Assembly (NCBI GenBank): GCA_963743865.1
Contig: CAVURG010000006.1
Location: 320,107-384,106 of the forward strand
Reading direction: 5' to 3'
DNA from: an uncultured delta proteobacterium
GTDB lineage: Bacteria; Desulfobacterota; Binatia; Binatales; Binataceae
Length of the DNA: 64,000 bases
Numbering within the stretch: the stretch's first letter is position 1; every line of letters begins with the position of its first letter. The position numbers and the translations under genes are program-made. A model generated the notes under the pieces. It saw only the letters and a program-made list of their open reading frames with translations, ran no database searches and had not been told where the DNA came from. Shown here piece after piece: positions 36,066 through 44,394 of this stretch.

Positions 36066-36667
36066 GCTTGCGGTTCCTCGGCGCGCTGACGGATGAAGCG
36101 GCCGAGCAACAAGCGCATCGATTCGATCGGCTGTATCCCGATCATCGGGAAGTCGCCCAGGATAAACGTCGGGAAACCGAGCGCGGAAAATTCGTCGGCC
36201 TCGCGCTTGTGCTCAGCCAGCCGCGCGGACATCGCTCCGCTGTCGAGCGCCGCGCGAAACTTCGATCGATCGATGCCGGCGCGCTGTGCAATCGCGCCGA
36301 GCACCCCGCGATCCGCGATATCGGCGCCTTGCTCGAATGCCGCGCGAAAGACCGCGTCGTGATACGCCGGGAAAACGCCCGCGTCACGCGCGATTTCCGA
36401 TCCTTGCAGCGCGGGCGCCGAATCGATCCAGCTCGGCGGCGGCGCAACGCCAATGCCCGTCTCCGCCGCGACCAGCAGTACCTTTTGCCGCTCGCGCTCG
36501 CCCAGTACGCGGCCGGGCTTGAAGCGAAAATCGCGCATCGCGATAGGCACGCCCTTCCACAGCGCCTCGAAGCCGAGTTCGTTCTCGAGCTCGGCGACGA
36601 TTCGCCACGCGATGTAGCAAAGCGTCGAGGCGTAATCGAAGTAGATTGGAATCCGAATCCGGCTCAT
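36062..36667 (-). CDS. DsbA-family thioredoxin-fold protein (FrnE/HCCA-isomerase-like; STLC instead of CxxC)
   Basis: IPIYFDYASTLCYIAW at the N-terminus and GFPTFILGD near the C-terminus. I prefer the start at MSRIRIP. Confidence 0.6.
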   Translation of the reverse strand: MSRIRIPIYFDYASTLCYIAWRIVAELENELGFEALWKGVPIAMRDFRFKPGRVLGERERQKVLLVAAETGIGVAPPPSWIDSAPALQGSEIARDAGVFPAYHDAVFRAAFEQGADIADRGVLGAIAQRAGIDRSKFRAALDSGAMSARLAEHKREADEFSALGFPTFILGDFPMIGIQPIESMRLLLGRFIRQRAEEPQA

Positions 36668-36793
36668 ATCTTCACGACGCCATCCGTTCGCGCTGACTGC
36701 GATAATCTCCCGTTCAAGCGTCGCCTGCAATTGGCTCGGGCAGCCCGCGCGGCGCTTGCGCGGCTCGCGCCGCGCGCACATTCTTGATGCACA

Positions 36794-37334
36794 ATGTCTT
36801 CAAATCGCCGGCCAGTTCTCAAATTGGGTGTCGTTGACTTCGGCGTCGAGAGCGCGACGCTGCCCGGAGGCGTGCAGGTCGATCTCGCCGTCATCAGGCA
36901 TCCCGGCGCCAGCGCGATCGTCGCACTCGATTCTGATCCCGACCTGAATGTTGCGATGCTGCGTCAGTATCGGCACGCGATCGGCGGCTGGATGTGGGAG
37001 GTTCCCGCGGGATGCCGCAACGCCGGCGAGGACGCGCTCGAATGCGCGCGGCGCGAACTCGGCGAAGAGGCCAGCGTCGCGGCCGCGCGATGGGACCATC
37101 TTGGGTCGATTATCACGATTCCAAGTTTCTGCGACGAGCGAATCGAGCTCTACCTGGCGCGCGAGTTGTCAGCGGGAGCGGGCACGCTCGATCACGACGA
37201 GGTAATCGCTGTCAGCCGCGTGCCCCTCCGAGGAGACGTTTGCGATGATTCGTCGCGGCGACATCGTCGATGCGAAAACAATCGTCGCGCTTTATCGCGC
37301 CCGCGACTTTCTCGAGCTGGAGCGCCGCGGCTAA
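36794..37334 (+). CDS. NUDIX hydrolase (ADP-ribose pyrophosphatase-like) (frameshifted as assembled)
   Basis: The Nudix box is GCRNAGEDALECARRELGEEASV. After VSRVPL the frame shifts (one extra C near 37227) into EETFAMIRRGDIVDAKTIVALYRARDFLELERRG*. Confidence 0.8.
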
Positions 37335-37397
37335 GACTCGCTAACCGGCGCATCCATTGCGTGTGAACGGTGAACGGCGGCGTGCGCCGCAGACCTG

Positions 37398-37604
37398 CTA
37401 CTGGATTACTACTTCGTCCGGAAAGAGGAACGTGGTGGCGCCGTCGTCGAATTGCACTAGATACATGCGCCGGTCCAGATTATTTACCTCACGCAGGATG
37501 CGTGGTTGTTCGCTGAATCGACTGCGCCCATCGTGGTCGCGCACGGGTTTCTGCAGCTTGCAATGCCTTCCGACTAGTTTCTCTGTGTTTATGCTGCTCA
37601 TCAT
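37398..37604 (-). CDS. hypothetical small protein in an AT-rich spacer
   Basis: 68 aa from MMSSINTEKLVGRHCKLQ...MYLVQFDDGATTFLFPDEVVIQ. It is the only plausible ORF in the AT-rich region 37340-37950. I recognise no family. Confidence 0.3.
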   Translation of the reverse strand: MMSSINTEKLVGRHCKLQKPVRDHDGRSRFSEQPRILREVNNLDRRMYLVQFDDGATTFLFPDEVVIQ

Positions 37605-37952
37605 ATTTCTACCCCTCCTCTTCCTCCTGGCCATCGACCACACCCTCATCCTGCCTCTAATACTAGCAATCTTTGGGCCTAATATTTATACGTCTGGCAG
37701 GGGTCCACGTTTCATTTATCCAGAGCTGTGGAAAACCGCGCAAATCAAGGGGTTTCATGTTTTCCAGGCGAGATTTGAGCATCGACGCCCTTGCCTGCGT
37801 TACCGATTCGCGACACTGCACTGACCGATTACAGGCATCTTTTTGCTAAGTTCGGGACTTGATGCTCAGATAAGCACCGGAAAGACAAATCGCGAAAAAC
37901 CGGGTCCGGATCGATCCGATGACGAAACCCAGCTCAGGAAAGCACTAATCAG

Positions 37953-39719
37953 ATGCCTACAATGTATCCGCTCGTAATGGGCCGGCGCGCGATACTCGCA
38001 ACGGAGCACTATCTTTCCGCCTCTGCCGGTGCGCGAATCTTCGCTCGTGGCGGAAATGCCACCGACGCTGCCGTTGCTGCAACATTCGTCGAGGGCGTCG
38101 TCAACCCGCACATGCACACGATCGGCGGCGAGGCGCCGATGCTGATTTATTCGGCATCTGCCCGCCGCGTGGTCGCAATCAACGGCAATATGATGGCGCC
38201 AGAGCGCGCGACAATTGCCTATTACCGGTCTCTCGGTCTCGAACTGATCCCTGGGACCGGGCTGCTTGCCGCCGGTGTCCCCGCAGCCTTCGACGCCTTG
38301 GTGACTGCGCTAAGAGATTTCGGGACCAAATCTCTGGCCGACGTTCTCGAGCCGGCGCTGGAACTTGCGGGCGACGGTTTCCCGATGCACGTGGGACTGT
38401 CTGGTGAGGCTGGCGGCCCTGACGATGCGGTCGCTCGGGCGGGCGCGTCGATTCGGAGCAACGCCCGGCGGTTCCTTACCAAATGGCCGTCTTCAGGGCG
38501 CGTTTATCTGCCCGATGGCAAAGTCCCGCAGCCCGGAAGCGTGCTCAAGAATCCTGCGCTTGCCGACTTTTTCAAGCGCGTGCTCGATGCCGAATCAGCC
38601 GCGAGGAATCGTGGGCGCGAGGCCGGCCTCGACGCCGCACGCGAGCGCTTCTATCGGGGCGACATTGCGCGCGAAATCGTCGCCTGGTCCGACGCCAACG
38701 GCGGCCTGCTCGCCGCCTCCGACCTCGCGCGCTTCACCACGCGGACCGAATCGCCCGTGAGCGCGGACTATCGCGGCGCCACGGTCTTCAAGTGCGGGCC
38801 ATGGTCGCAGGGTCCCGTGTTCCTTCAGCAGCTCAAGTTGCTCGAAGGCTTCGACCTGGCCGCGATGGGCCACAATTCCGCCGGCTATATCCACACGGTC
38901 ATCGAGGCCGCCAAGCTCTCGTTCGCCGATCGCGAGGCTTACTACGGAGATCCTGAATTCATCGACGTTCCGCTTGCCGGGTTGCTGAGCGATCGTTATG
39001 CGGCGATTCGCCGCGAGCTTATCGATTCCGGGCGCGCCTCGATGGATCAGCGGCCGGGCGATCCGATTGCGATGCGTGCGTTGCGCGACGCTCCCGCCGC
39101 CGGCGCGCGCCCGTGGGGTGCGGGCACGATTCACGTCGCCGCTGCCGACCGCGACGGCAACATGATCGCCGTCACCGCCAGCGGCGGATGGATTCCCAGC
39201 TCGCCGGTGATCGACGCGCTTGGCTTTCCGCTGGGAACGCGGATGCAGACTTTTTATCTCGACGAGCGCCATCCCAACGCGCTCGAACCCGGCAAGCGCC
39301 CCCGCACCACGCTGTCGCCGTCGCTCGCGATGGTGAAGGGCGAGCCGTACCTGGCGTTCGGCACGGAAGGCGGCGATCAGCAGGATCAATGGACGCTGCA
39401 ATTTTTTCTCAACGTGGTTGATTTCGGAATGGACTTGCAGGCCGCGATCGAGGCGCCCAAGTTTTCGACGCTGCATTTCCCCTCGACGTTCTATCCCCAC
39501 GACAATCGCCCCGGAGTCGTGCGCATCGAGGATCGAATCCCCGCGAGCGTGCGCGACGCGCTCGCCGCGCGCGGCCATCAGATCGAAGTCCGGCCGCCGT
39601 GGTCCGAGGGTCACGTGCTCGCGGTGCAGATCGACACGAAAACCGGCGTGCTCTCGGGCGGCGCCGATCCGCGCGGTCAGGCCGCGCCCGTCATGCCCGC
39701 GCAAGTGATCGGCTGGTAG
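37953..39719 (+). CDS. ggt: gamma-glutamyltransferase family protein
   Basis: 588-aa ORF. GGNATDAAVAA is near the N-terminus, and the autoprocessing/nucleophile region is GAGTIHVAAADRDGNMIAVTASGG. Confidence 0.85.
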   Translation: MPTMYPLVMGRRAILATEHYLSASAGARIFARGGNATDAAVAATFVEGVVNPHMHTIGGEAPMLIYSASARRVVAINGNMMAPERATIAYYRSLGLELIPGTGLLAAGVPAAFDALVTALRDFGTKSLADVLEPALELAGDGFPMHVGLSGEAGGPDDAVARAGASIRSNARRFLTKWPSSGRVYLPDGKVPQPGSVLKNPALADFFKRVLDAESAARNRGREAGLDAARERFYRGDIAREIVAWSDANGGLLAASDLARFTTRTESPVSADYRGATVFKCGPWSQGPVFLQQLKLLEGFDLAAMGHNSAGYIHTVIEAAKLSFADREAYYGDPEFIDVPLAGLLSDRYAAIRRELIDSGRASMDQRPGDPIAMRALRDAPAAGARPWGAGTIHVAAADRDGNMIAVTASGGWIPSSPVIDALGFPLGTRMQTFYLDERHPNALEPGKRPRTTLSPSLAMVKGEPYLAFGTEGGDQQDQWTLQFFLNVVDFGMDLQAAIEAPKFSTLHFPSTFYPHDNRPGVVRIEDRIPASVRDALAARGHQIEVRPPWSEGHVLAVQIDTKTGVLSGGADPRGQAAPVMPAQVIGW

Positions 39720-39724
39720 GCAGG

Positions 39725-39900
39725 GTGCAGGGGCCAGCCCCTGCACCCGGGTAAGGAGAACGCGGGAGAGGCTTCTTTGATTACCTCGCCCGTTATTTCA
39801 CGGGAGAGGAGGCCGACCGCTTGGCGGTCGGTAGGTGAGGGTGTGCGGCCGCTCGCTTTTTTTTGTGTCATCCCGAGCGTAGCCGAGGGACCCCGGATCT
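39725..39900. repeat. palindromic repeat modules
   Basis: gtgcaggggccagcccctgcaccc (39725); hairpin ccgaccgcttggcggtcgg (39812); tgtgtcatcccgagcgtagccgagggacc (39864). Confidence 0.8.
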
Positions 39901-40225
39901 GATTCCTTAATGCTGACCGTCGCGCTCGGCATCGCGCGAGCGGGCTTCGCGTCAGAAGCGAATAGTCCGGCGGCCCGACCCGGATTTTTGCCGTGATGCC
40001 GTGACGGTTGCGGCAACCGGAGAAGATGAATATTCGTTTATGACGCGCGACAATTTCGGACATGGGTAAGAATTCCATGCTATGCTCCATGTCCGAAATG
40101 GTTGATCGCCCACGCAGAAGGTAGAAAACTAGCGGCGGACAGATAAACATCGCCTGCGGTTGGCTGGGGAACTGTCGCAGCCGTTGGCAGGCATGAAAAC
40201 TGCTCCCCGTGGAAGGAGGAAGCTC

Positions 40226-40580
40226 GTGCGGACAAATGTGGCGTCGATAATTAAAGGTCTGCTCGTGGCGATTGCGATCGTGGCGGTCATGGGATGCTCG
40301 GGACAGCCACTCTCGACACGTGAGAAGGGCACGTTCATCGGCACCGGAGTCGGAGCCGCAACCGGCGCGATTATAGGCGCCGCGGTGGCGTAACCCGCTG
40401 GCAGGTGCGGCAATCGGCGGCGGCATCGGCGCGCTTGGCGGATACGTGGTCGGCAACGAGATGCAGAATCAGGAAAACGCCAACGCTCAAACTCAGACGC
40501 AGATTCAATCGCAGCAAAAGCAGATCGAAAATCAGCAACAGCAGATTCAGCAATTGAAGAGCCAGAGCGAAACCGAATAG
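40226..40580 (+). CDS. glycine-zipper lipoprotein with Q-rich coiled-coil tail, paralogue 1 (frameshifted as assembled)
   Basis: GTG start after AAGGAGGA. Lipobox AVMGC, then SGQPLSTREKGTFIGTGVGAATGAIIGAAV. One extra T at 40391 creates a stop. The protein continues as NPLAGAAIGGGIGALGGYVVGNEMQNQENANAQTQTQIQSQQKQIENQQQQIQQLKSQSETE*. Confidence 0.75.
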
Positions 40581-40596
40581 CAGGCGGAGAAGGGAT

Positions 40597-40943
40597 ATGC
40601 GCAAACATGCAATTGCGACAGGTACATTCGCCGTTGCCGCGCTTTTCCTTGTCGCCGGATGCTCCGGGACGCCGCTTTCCACGCGTGAGGAAGGCACTCT
40701 GGGCGGTGCGGGTATCGGCGCGGCCACCGGCGCGATTATTGGCGCCGCGGTCGGCGCACCGCGCAGGCGCTGCAATCGGCGCCGCGACTGGGAGGAGTAG
40801 GCGGCTTCGCGGTCGGCAACGCGATGCAGAATCAGGAGAACGCCAACCAGCAGACCCAGGCGCAGATCCAGCAGCAGCAACAGGAATTGGAACAGCAGCG
40901 TCAGCAGATTCAGCAATTGAAGGGACAGCAGGAAACCGAATAG
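40597..40943 (+). CDS. glycine-zipper lipoprotein with Q-rich coiled-coil tail, paralogue 2 (two frameshifts as assembled)
   Basis: MRKHAIATGTFAVAALFLVAGC SGTPLSTREEGTLGGAGIGAATGAIIGAAVGAP. It continues through two 1-nt insertions (about 40762 and 40793) to AGAAIGAATG and then GVGGFAVGNAMQNQENANQQTQAQIQQQQQELEQQRQQIQQLKGQQETE*. Confidence 0.75.
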
Positions 40944-40984
40944 CTCGGCTGACGTATAAACATTGGAAGATGGAGGTTCTCATT

Positions 40985-41333
40985 ATGCGCAAAAGTATTG
41001 GAGTAATCATGAGTCTGGCGCTGGCGGGAACGCTCGTTCTTGCAGGATGCACGGGGCAGCCGCTCTCGACTCGTGAGGAAGGCACCCTCGGCGGCACGGC
41101 GCTTGGGCGCAGGTGGCGGGGCAATCGTAGGCGCGGCTGTAGGCCATCCTCTGGCGGGCGCCGCGATCGGCGGTGTTCTGGGCGGCGGTACCGGCTATGT
41201 AGTCGGCAATCCGATGCAGAATCAGGAAAACGCCAACGCACAGACCCAGCAGCAGGTGCAGCAGCAACAGCAAGAGATCGAGAATCAACGCCAGCAGATT
41301 CAACAGCTCAAATCGCAGTCGGAAACCGAGTAA
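40985..41333 (+). CDS. glycine-zipper lipoprotein with Q-rich coiled-coil tail, paralogue 3 (frameshifted as assembled)
   Basis: MRKSIGVIMSLALAGTLVLAGC TGQPLSTREEGTLGGTAL. An extra G lies in the run at about 41105. It continues as GAGGGAIVGAAVGHPLAGAAIGGVLGGGTGYVVGNPMQNQENANAQTQQQVQQQQQEIENQRQQIQQLKSQSETE*. Confidence 0.75.
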
Positions 41334-41354
41334 TCGGACAGCGAGATCGGACTG

Positions 41355-41395
41355 AAAAGGGCGACGCCGCATTCGGCGCCGCTCTTTTTCTTTCT
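41355..41395. terminator. bidirectional intrinsic terminator between convergent genes
   Basis: The 11-bp stem gggcgacgccg (41359-69) / cggcgccgctc (41374-84) has one mismatch, one G-U pair and the loop catt. It is preceded by gaaaa and followed by tttttctttctc. Confidence 0.65.
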
Positions 41396-41408
41396 CAGCC
41401 GGCCTGAT

Positions 41409-42212
41409 TCACGCAGGCTTGCACAGCTTGCATGCTCTCAGCCCGGCGTGTCCCGCGCACTTGGCATCCGCGAAGATCAGCATCTTTGCCGGATCCGCGC
41501 GCCGCGCCGCCGGGCAGCCGGGTCGGCAGAAGATTCCGGTGCGTCGATGCCCCATCACGGCGAGCGCCGGCAATCGCAGGTCGCGCCCGACTTCGAATCC
41601 CTCCGCGCGCAGCAGCTTGATCTTGTTGTCCACGCCGCCGCCGTAATTGCCGATCGTTCCGTCGGAGCGAATCACGCGATGACACGGCACGAAGATCGGA
41701 ATCGGATTCGACGCCATCGTGTTGCCGATCGCGCGCTGGCTGTCGGGCTGTCCAACCGTCGCGGCCAGCCCGTGATAAGTGATCACCGCGCCGGGCGGGA
41801 CTTTTCGAAGCGAGGTGTACGTGCGGCGCTGGAAGTCGCTCTCGACCAGGCTCAGATCCACCGGATGCGCCATCGCACTGAAGTCGCCCTCGAACACGCG
41901 ATCGATTTCCGCGCCGATCCGGCGGGCACTCGCCTCATTCTCGATCAGATCGAACTTCCTGCGCAGCATCGCGAGCGTCCGCTCGCCCCCGCTTATGAAG
42001 AGAAAGTGAATCGCCGCGAGGCCGCGGTCGCTCTCCGCGATCAGCAGCTGCCCAAGCGGCGACGCAATCACGCCGACCCGCGCCTGCGGGCGGCGGATAA
42101 TCTTCATCGCGCGCTCGATGCGGGGCCGCGTCTGCCGGATCATTGCGTCGAGCACCCGGTCGTCGATCGGCGCACTCTCCTTCGCTTGCGTCGCCATCGG
42201 ATTGGTCTTCAT
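41409..42212 (-). CDS. Ada-like protein without HTH: MGMT (O6-alkylguanine-DNA alkyltransferase) core plus C-terminal Ada Cys4 zinc module
   Basis: MGMT N-domain region, active site IPIFVPCHRVIRSDGTIGNYGGG, then the C-terminal TGIFCRPGCPAARRADPAKMLIFADAKCAGHAGLRACKLCKP (compare E. coli Ada N-terminus TGIFCRPSC...FRPCKRCQP, from memory). The ATG at 42212 lies 5 nt after the sigma factor stop. Confidence 0.8.
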   Translation of the reverse strand: MKTNPMATQAKESAPIDDRVLDAMIRQTRPRIERAMKIIRRPQARVGVIASPLGQLLIAESDRGLAAIHFLFISGGERTLAMLRRKFDLIENEASARRIGAEIDRVFEGDFSAMAHPVDLSLVESDFQRRTYTSLRKVPPGAVITYHGLAATVGQPDSQRAIGNTMASNPIPIFVPCHRVIRSDGTIGNYGGGVDNKIKLLRAEGFEVGRDLRLPALAVMGHRRTGIFCRPGCPAARRADPAKMLIFADAKCAGHAGLRACKLCKPA

Positions 42213-42217
42213 CTTGA

Positions 42218-42739
42218 TTACTCGTCCAGCCTGAGTTTCTTCAGTTTTTTCACTGCCTGATAGACGCTGGCCCGCGCGCTCTCGGCCGAGCAATTCAGCG
42301 CCGTGCCGATCTCCGCATATTCGAGCCCCGCGAACTTGCGCATCATCAATGCCTGACCCTGCTTGCCGGGCAGCCGCGCGATGGCTCTCTTCAAATGGAG
42401 CGCGCCCTCGGGTCCGCCATCGAGCCGGTTCGGCGCGTTATCGGCCGGTGCTGCGCCGTCCGCAGTCTCGCTGGCGATCACGCGCCCGCGGCGCATCCTG
42501 TCCCGCGCGCGATTGCGGCACAGGTTCGATGCGATTCGAAAAATCCACGGCCGCAGCCCGTCTTCCGATTGCAGCGTGGGGTAGGCGCGATAGGCGCGCA
42601 GCCACGTCTCCTGGAACAGGTCCATCGCATCTTCGCGGTCGCCGGTCGAGCGCATCAGGAAGCGCATGATCTCGCGTTCCATGCTTTTCACCGCCTCTTC
42701 GAACGGCGGCGGAATCCCTATTCCGAATGCCCTGCCCAT
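42218..42739 (-). CDS. ECF-type RNA polymerase sigma-70 factor
   Basis: About 174 aa from MGRAFG. Region 2 is DREDAMDLFQETWLRAYRAY...RPWIFRIASNLCRNRARD, and region 4 is KQGQALMMRKFAGLEYAEIGTALNCSAESARASVYQAVKKLKKL. Confidence 0.85.
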   Translation of the reverse strand: MGRAFGIGIPPPFEEAVKSMEREIMRFLMRSTGDREDAMDLFQETWLRAYRAYPTLQSEDGLRPWIFRIASNLCRNRARDRMRRGRVIASETADGAAPADNAPNRLDGGPEGALHLKRAIARLPGKQGQALMMRKFAGLEYAEIGTALNCSAESARASVYQAVKKLKKLRLDE

Positions 42740-42901
42740 TACGATATCTATAACCCCGCTCAAGCCGATTCGTGAATCGAGCCGGGTCGCGCCGATACCG
42801 CCGGTCCGCAACCGGCGCGCTGCATTTGACGCAAGCCGCGATCCTGCGATCATCGTGCCGGCGCGGAGCCTCGACTACTGGGCGATCGCGCGGAGGTCTC
42901 T

Positions 42902-43594
42902 ATGGATGCGACTGTCTGGATCGCGCTGTGGGCGGTTTTGTTCGTGGCCGGCCATCTGATCATATCGTCGTCTGCCGTTCGACCTCGGTTGATAAATGCG
43001 GTCGGCGATCAGCCATATCTCGGCATTTATTCACTAATCTCGTTCGCGACGCTGGGACCGTTAATCTACGAATTCGCGCGCCACAAGCACGCCGGCCCCT
43101 TGCTTTGGGCTCTGCGCTCGGTGCCCCCGTTTCGAGAGCTTGCGTGGTTGCTAATGTTGGCAGCGCTGATCCTGTTGGTCGGGAGTTTCATCACTCCGAA
43201 TCCGGGCACGATGGGCGCGCCTGCCGCCGGGAGCGAACCGCGCGGCCTCCTGAAGATCACGCGGCATCCGGCTTTTGTTGGATTCACCCTGTTTGGAATT
43301 GCGCACATGCTGATGAACGGACGGGCCGGCGACGTGATTTTCTTCGGGCTGTTCCCGGTGCTCGGAATTATCGGCGGGATGCATCAGGACCGGCGCAAGA
43401 TTCGCGAACTTGGCGATCGCTATCGCCAGTTCGTCGCGAAGACCTCGTTCGTGCCGTTCGCGGCGCTAATCGGCGGGCGCGTTCGATGGGCCGCCGGTAA
43501 CATGCCGTGGGCGGCGATCGGCGTGGGCATAGTGCTGACGGTTGCAATCGTCGCGCTGCATCCGATGATCTTCGGCGGCCATCCGCTCGGTTAG
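42902..43594 (+). CDS. NnrU-family membrane protein
   Basis: Multi-pass membrane protein with LLKITRHPAFVGFTLFGIAHML. It is divergent from the sigma factor gene. Confidence 0.7.
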   Translation: MDATVWIALWAVLFVAGHLIISSSAVRPRLINAVGDQPYLGIYSLISFATLGPLIYEFARHKHAGPLLWALRSVPPFRELAWLLMLAALILLVGSFITPNPGTMGAPAAGSEPRGLLKITRHPAFVGFTLFGIAHMLMNGRAGDVIFFGLFPVLGIIGGMHQDRRKIRELGDRYRQFVAKTSFVPFAALIGGRVRWAAGNMPWAAIGVGIVLTVAIVALHPMIFGGHPLG

Positions 43595-44394
43595 GCGGGT
43601 CGCGCTGGCGTGTTTGCCGGTGGCGGAAGCCTGAACAGGCGCGCGGCGTTCGCAATCACCTGCGCACCGAGCGCAGCGGCGTCAGCGCGTCGAAGATTCG
43701 CGAGCATTTCGAGCGTGCGAGTGACATAGGCTGGCTCGTTGCGCTTGCCCCGATACGGCTCGGGCGCGAGATAAGGCGCGTCCGTCTCCACCATCACCCG
43801 GTCATCGGGAACGATCGACGCGGCCTCGCGAACCGACGCGGAATTTTTGAACGTGATGATGCCCGAGAACGAGATGCACAGTCCGAGCGCGAGGAACTCC
43901 CGCGCCGCGCTGGTGTCGCCGGTGAAGCAATGAATCACGCCGCCGCGCGGTGGAATCCCGGTCTCGCGCACGATCTCGACGAGCCGGCGCTCCGCGTCGC
44001 GGCAATGAATCACGATTGGCAGGTCGAGTTCGGCGGCGAGCGCAAGATGCGCGCGCAACGACGCTTCCTGCGCTTGCGGCGGCGAGTGCATGTAATGGAA
44101 ATCGAGTCCGCTCTCGCCGATCGCGACAACTTTTTTCGACGCGGCGAGCTCGCGCAACTGTGCGATTCGCTCTCGCGTGCAATCCCGGGCGTCGTGAGGA
44201 TGCACGCCGATGGCGGCGAAGACATTGCGGTGACGCTCGGCGATTGCAACGGTCAATCGATCGTTGTCGATCGGTCCGATCGCGCCGACCGAGATGAGCT
44301 GCGCCACGCCGGCGCCGGACGCGCGCGCGATCACGGCTTCGACGTCGCCGCGGAACTTTGCGTCGGCGAGATGGCAATGCGTATCGACGATCAT
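43591..44394 (-). CDS. tatD: TatD-family metal-dependent hydrolase/DNase
   Basis: MIVDTHCHL..., ESGLDFHY, VIHCRDA, VETDAPYLAP. Confidence 0.9.
   Translation of the reverse strand: MIVDTHCHLADAKFRGDVEAVIARASGAGVAQLISVGAIGPIDNDRLTVAIAERHRNVFAAIGVHPHDARDCTRERIAQLRELAASKKVVAIGESGLDFHYMHSPPQAQEASLRAHLALAAELDLPIVIHCRDAERRLVEIVRETGIPPRGGVIHCFTGDTSAAREFLALGLCISFSGIITFKNSASVREAASIVPDDRVMVETDAPYLAPEPYRGKRNEPAYVTRTLEMLANLRRADAAALGAQVIANAARLFRLPPPANTPARPA

Noticed and set aside
40129-41241. 370-aa minus-strand ORF and the Leu-rich ORF 40371..40916 opposite the lipoprotein triplet.
   Set aside because: They are antisense to three genes that have signal peptides, lipoboxes and ribosome-binding sites. The poly-Leu runs are simply the reverse complement of CAG/CAA (Gln) repeats.
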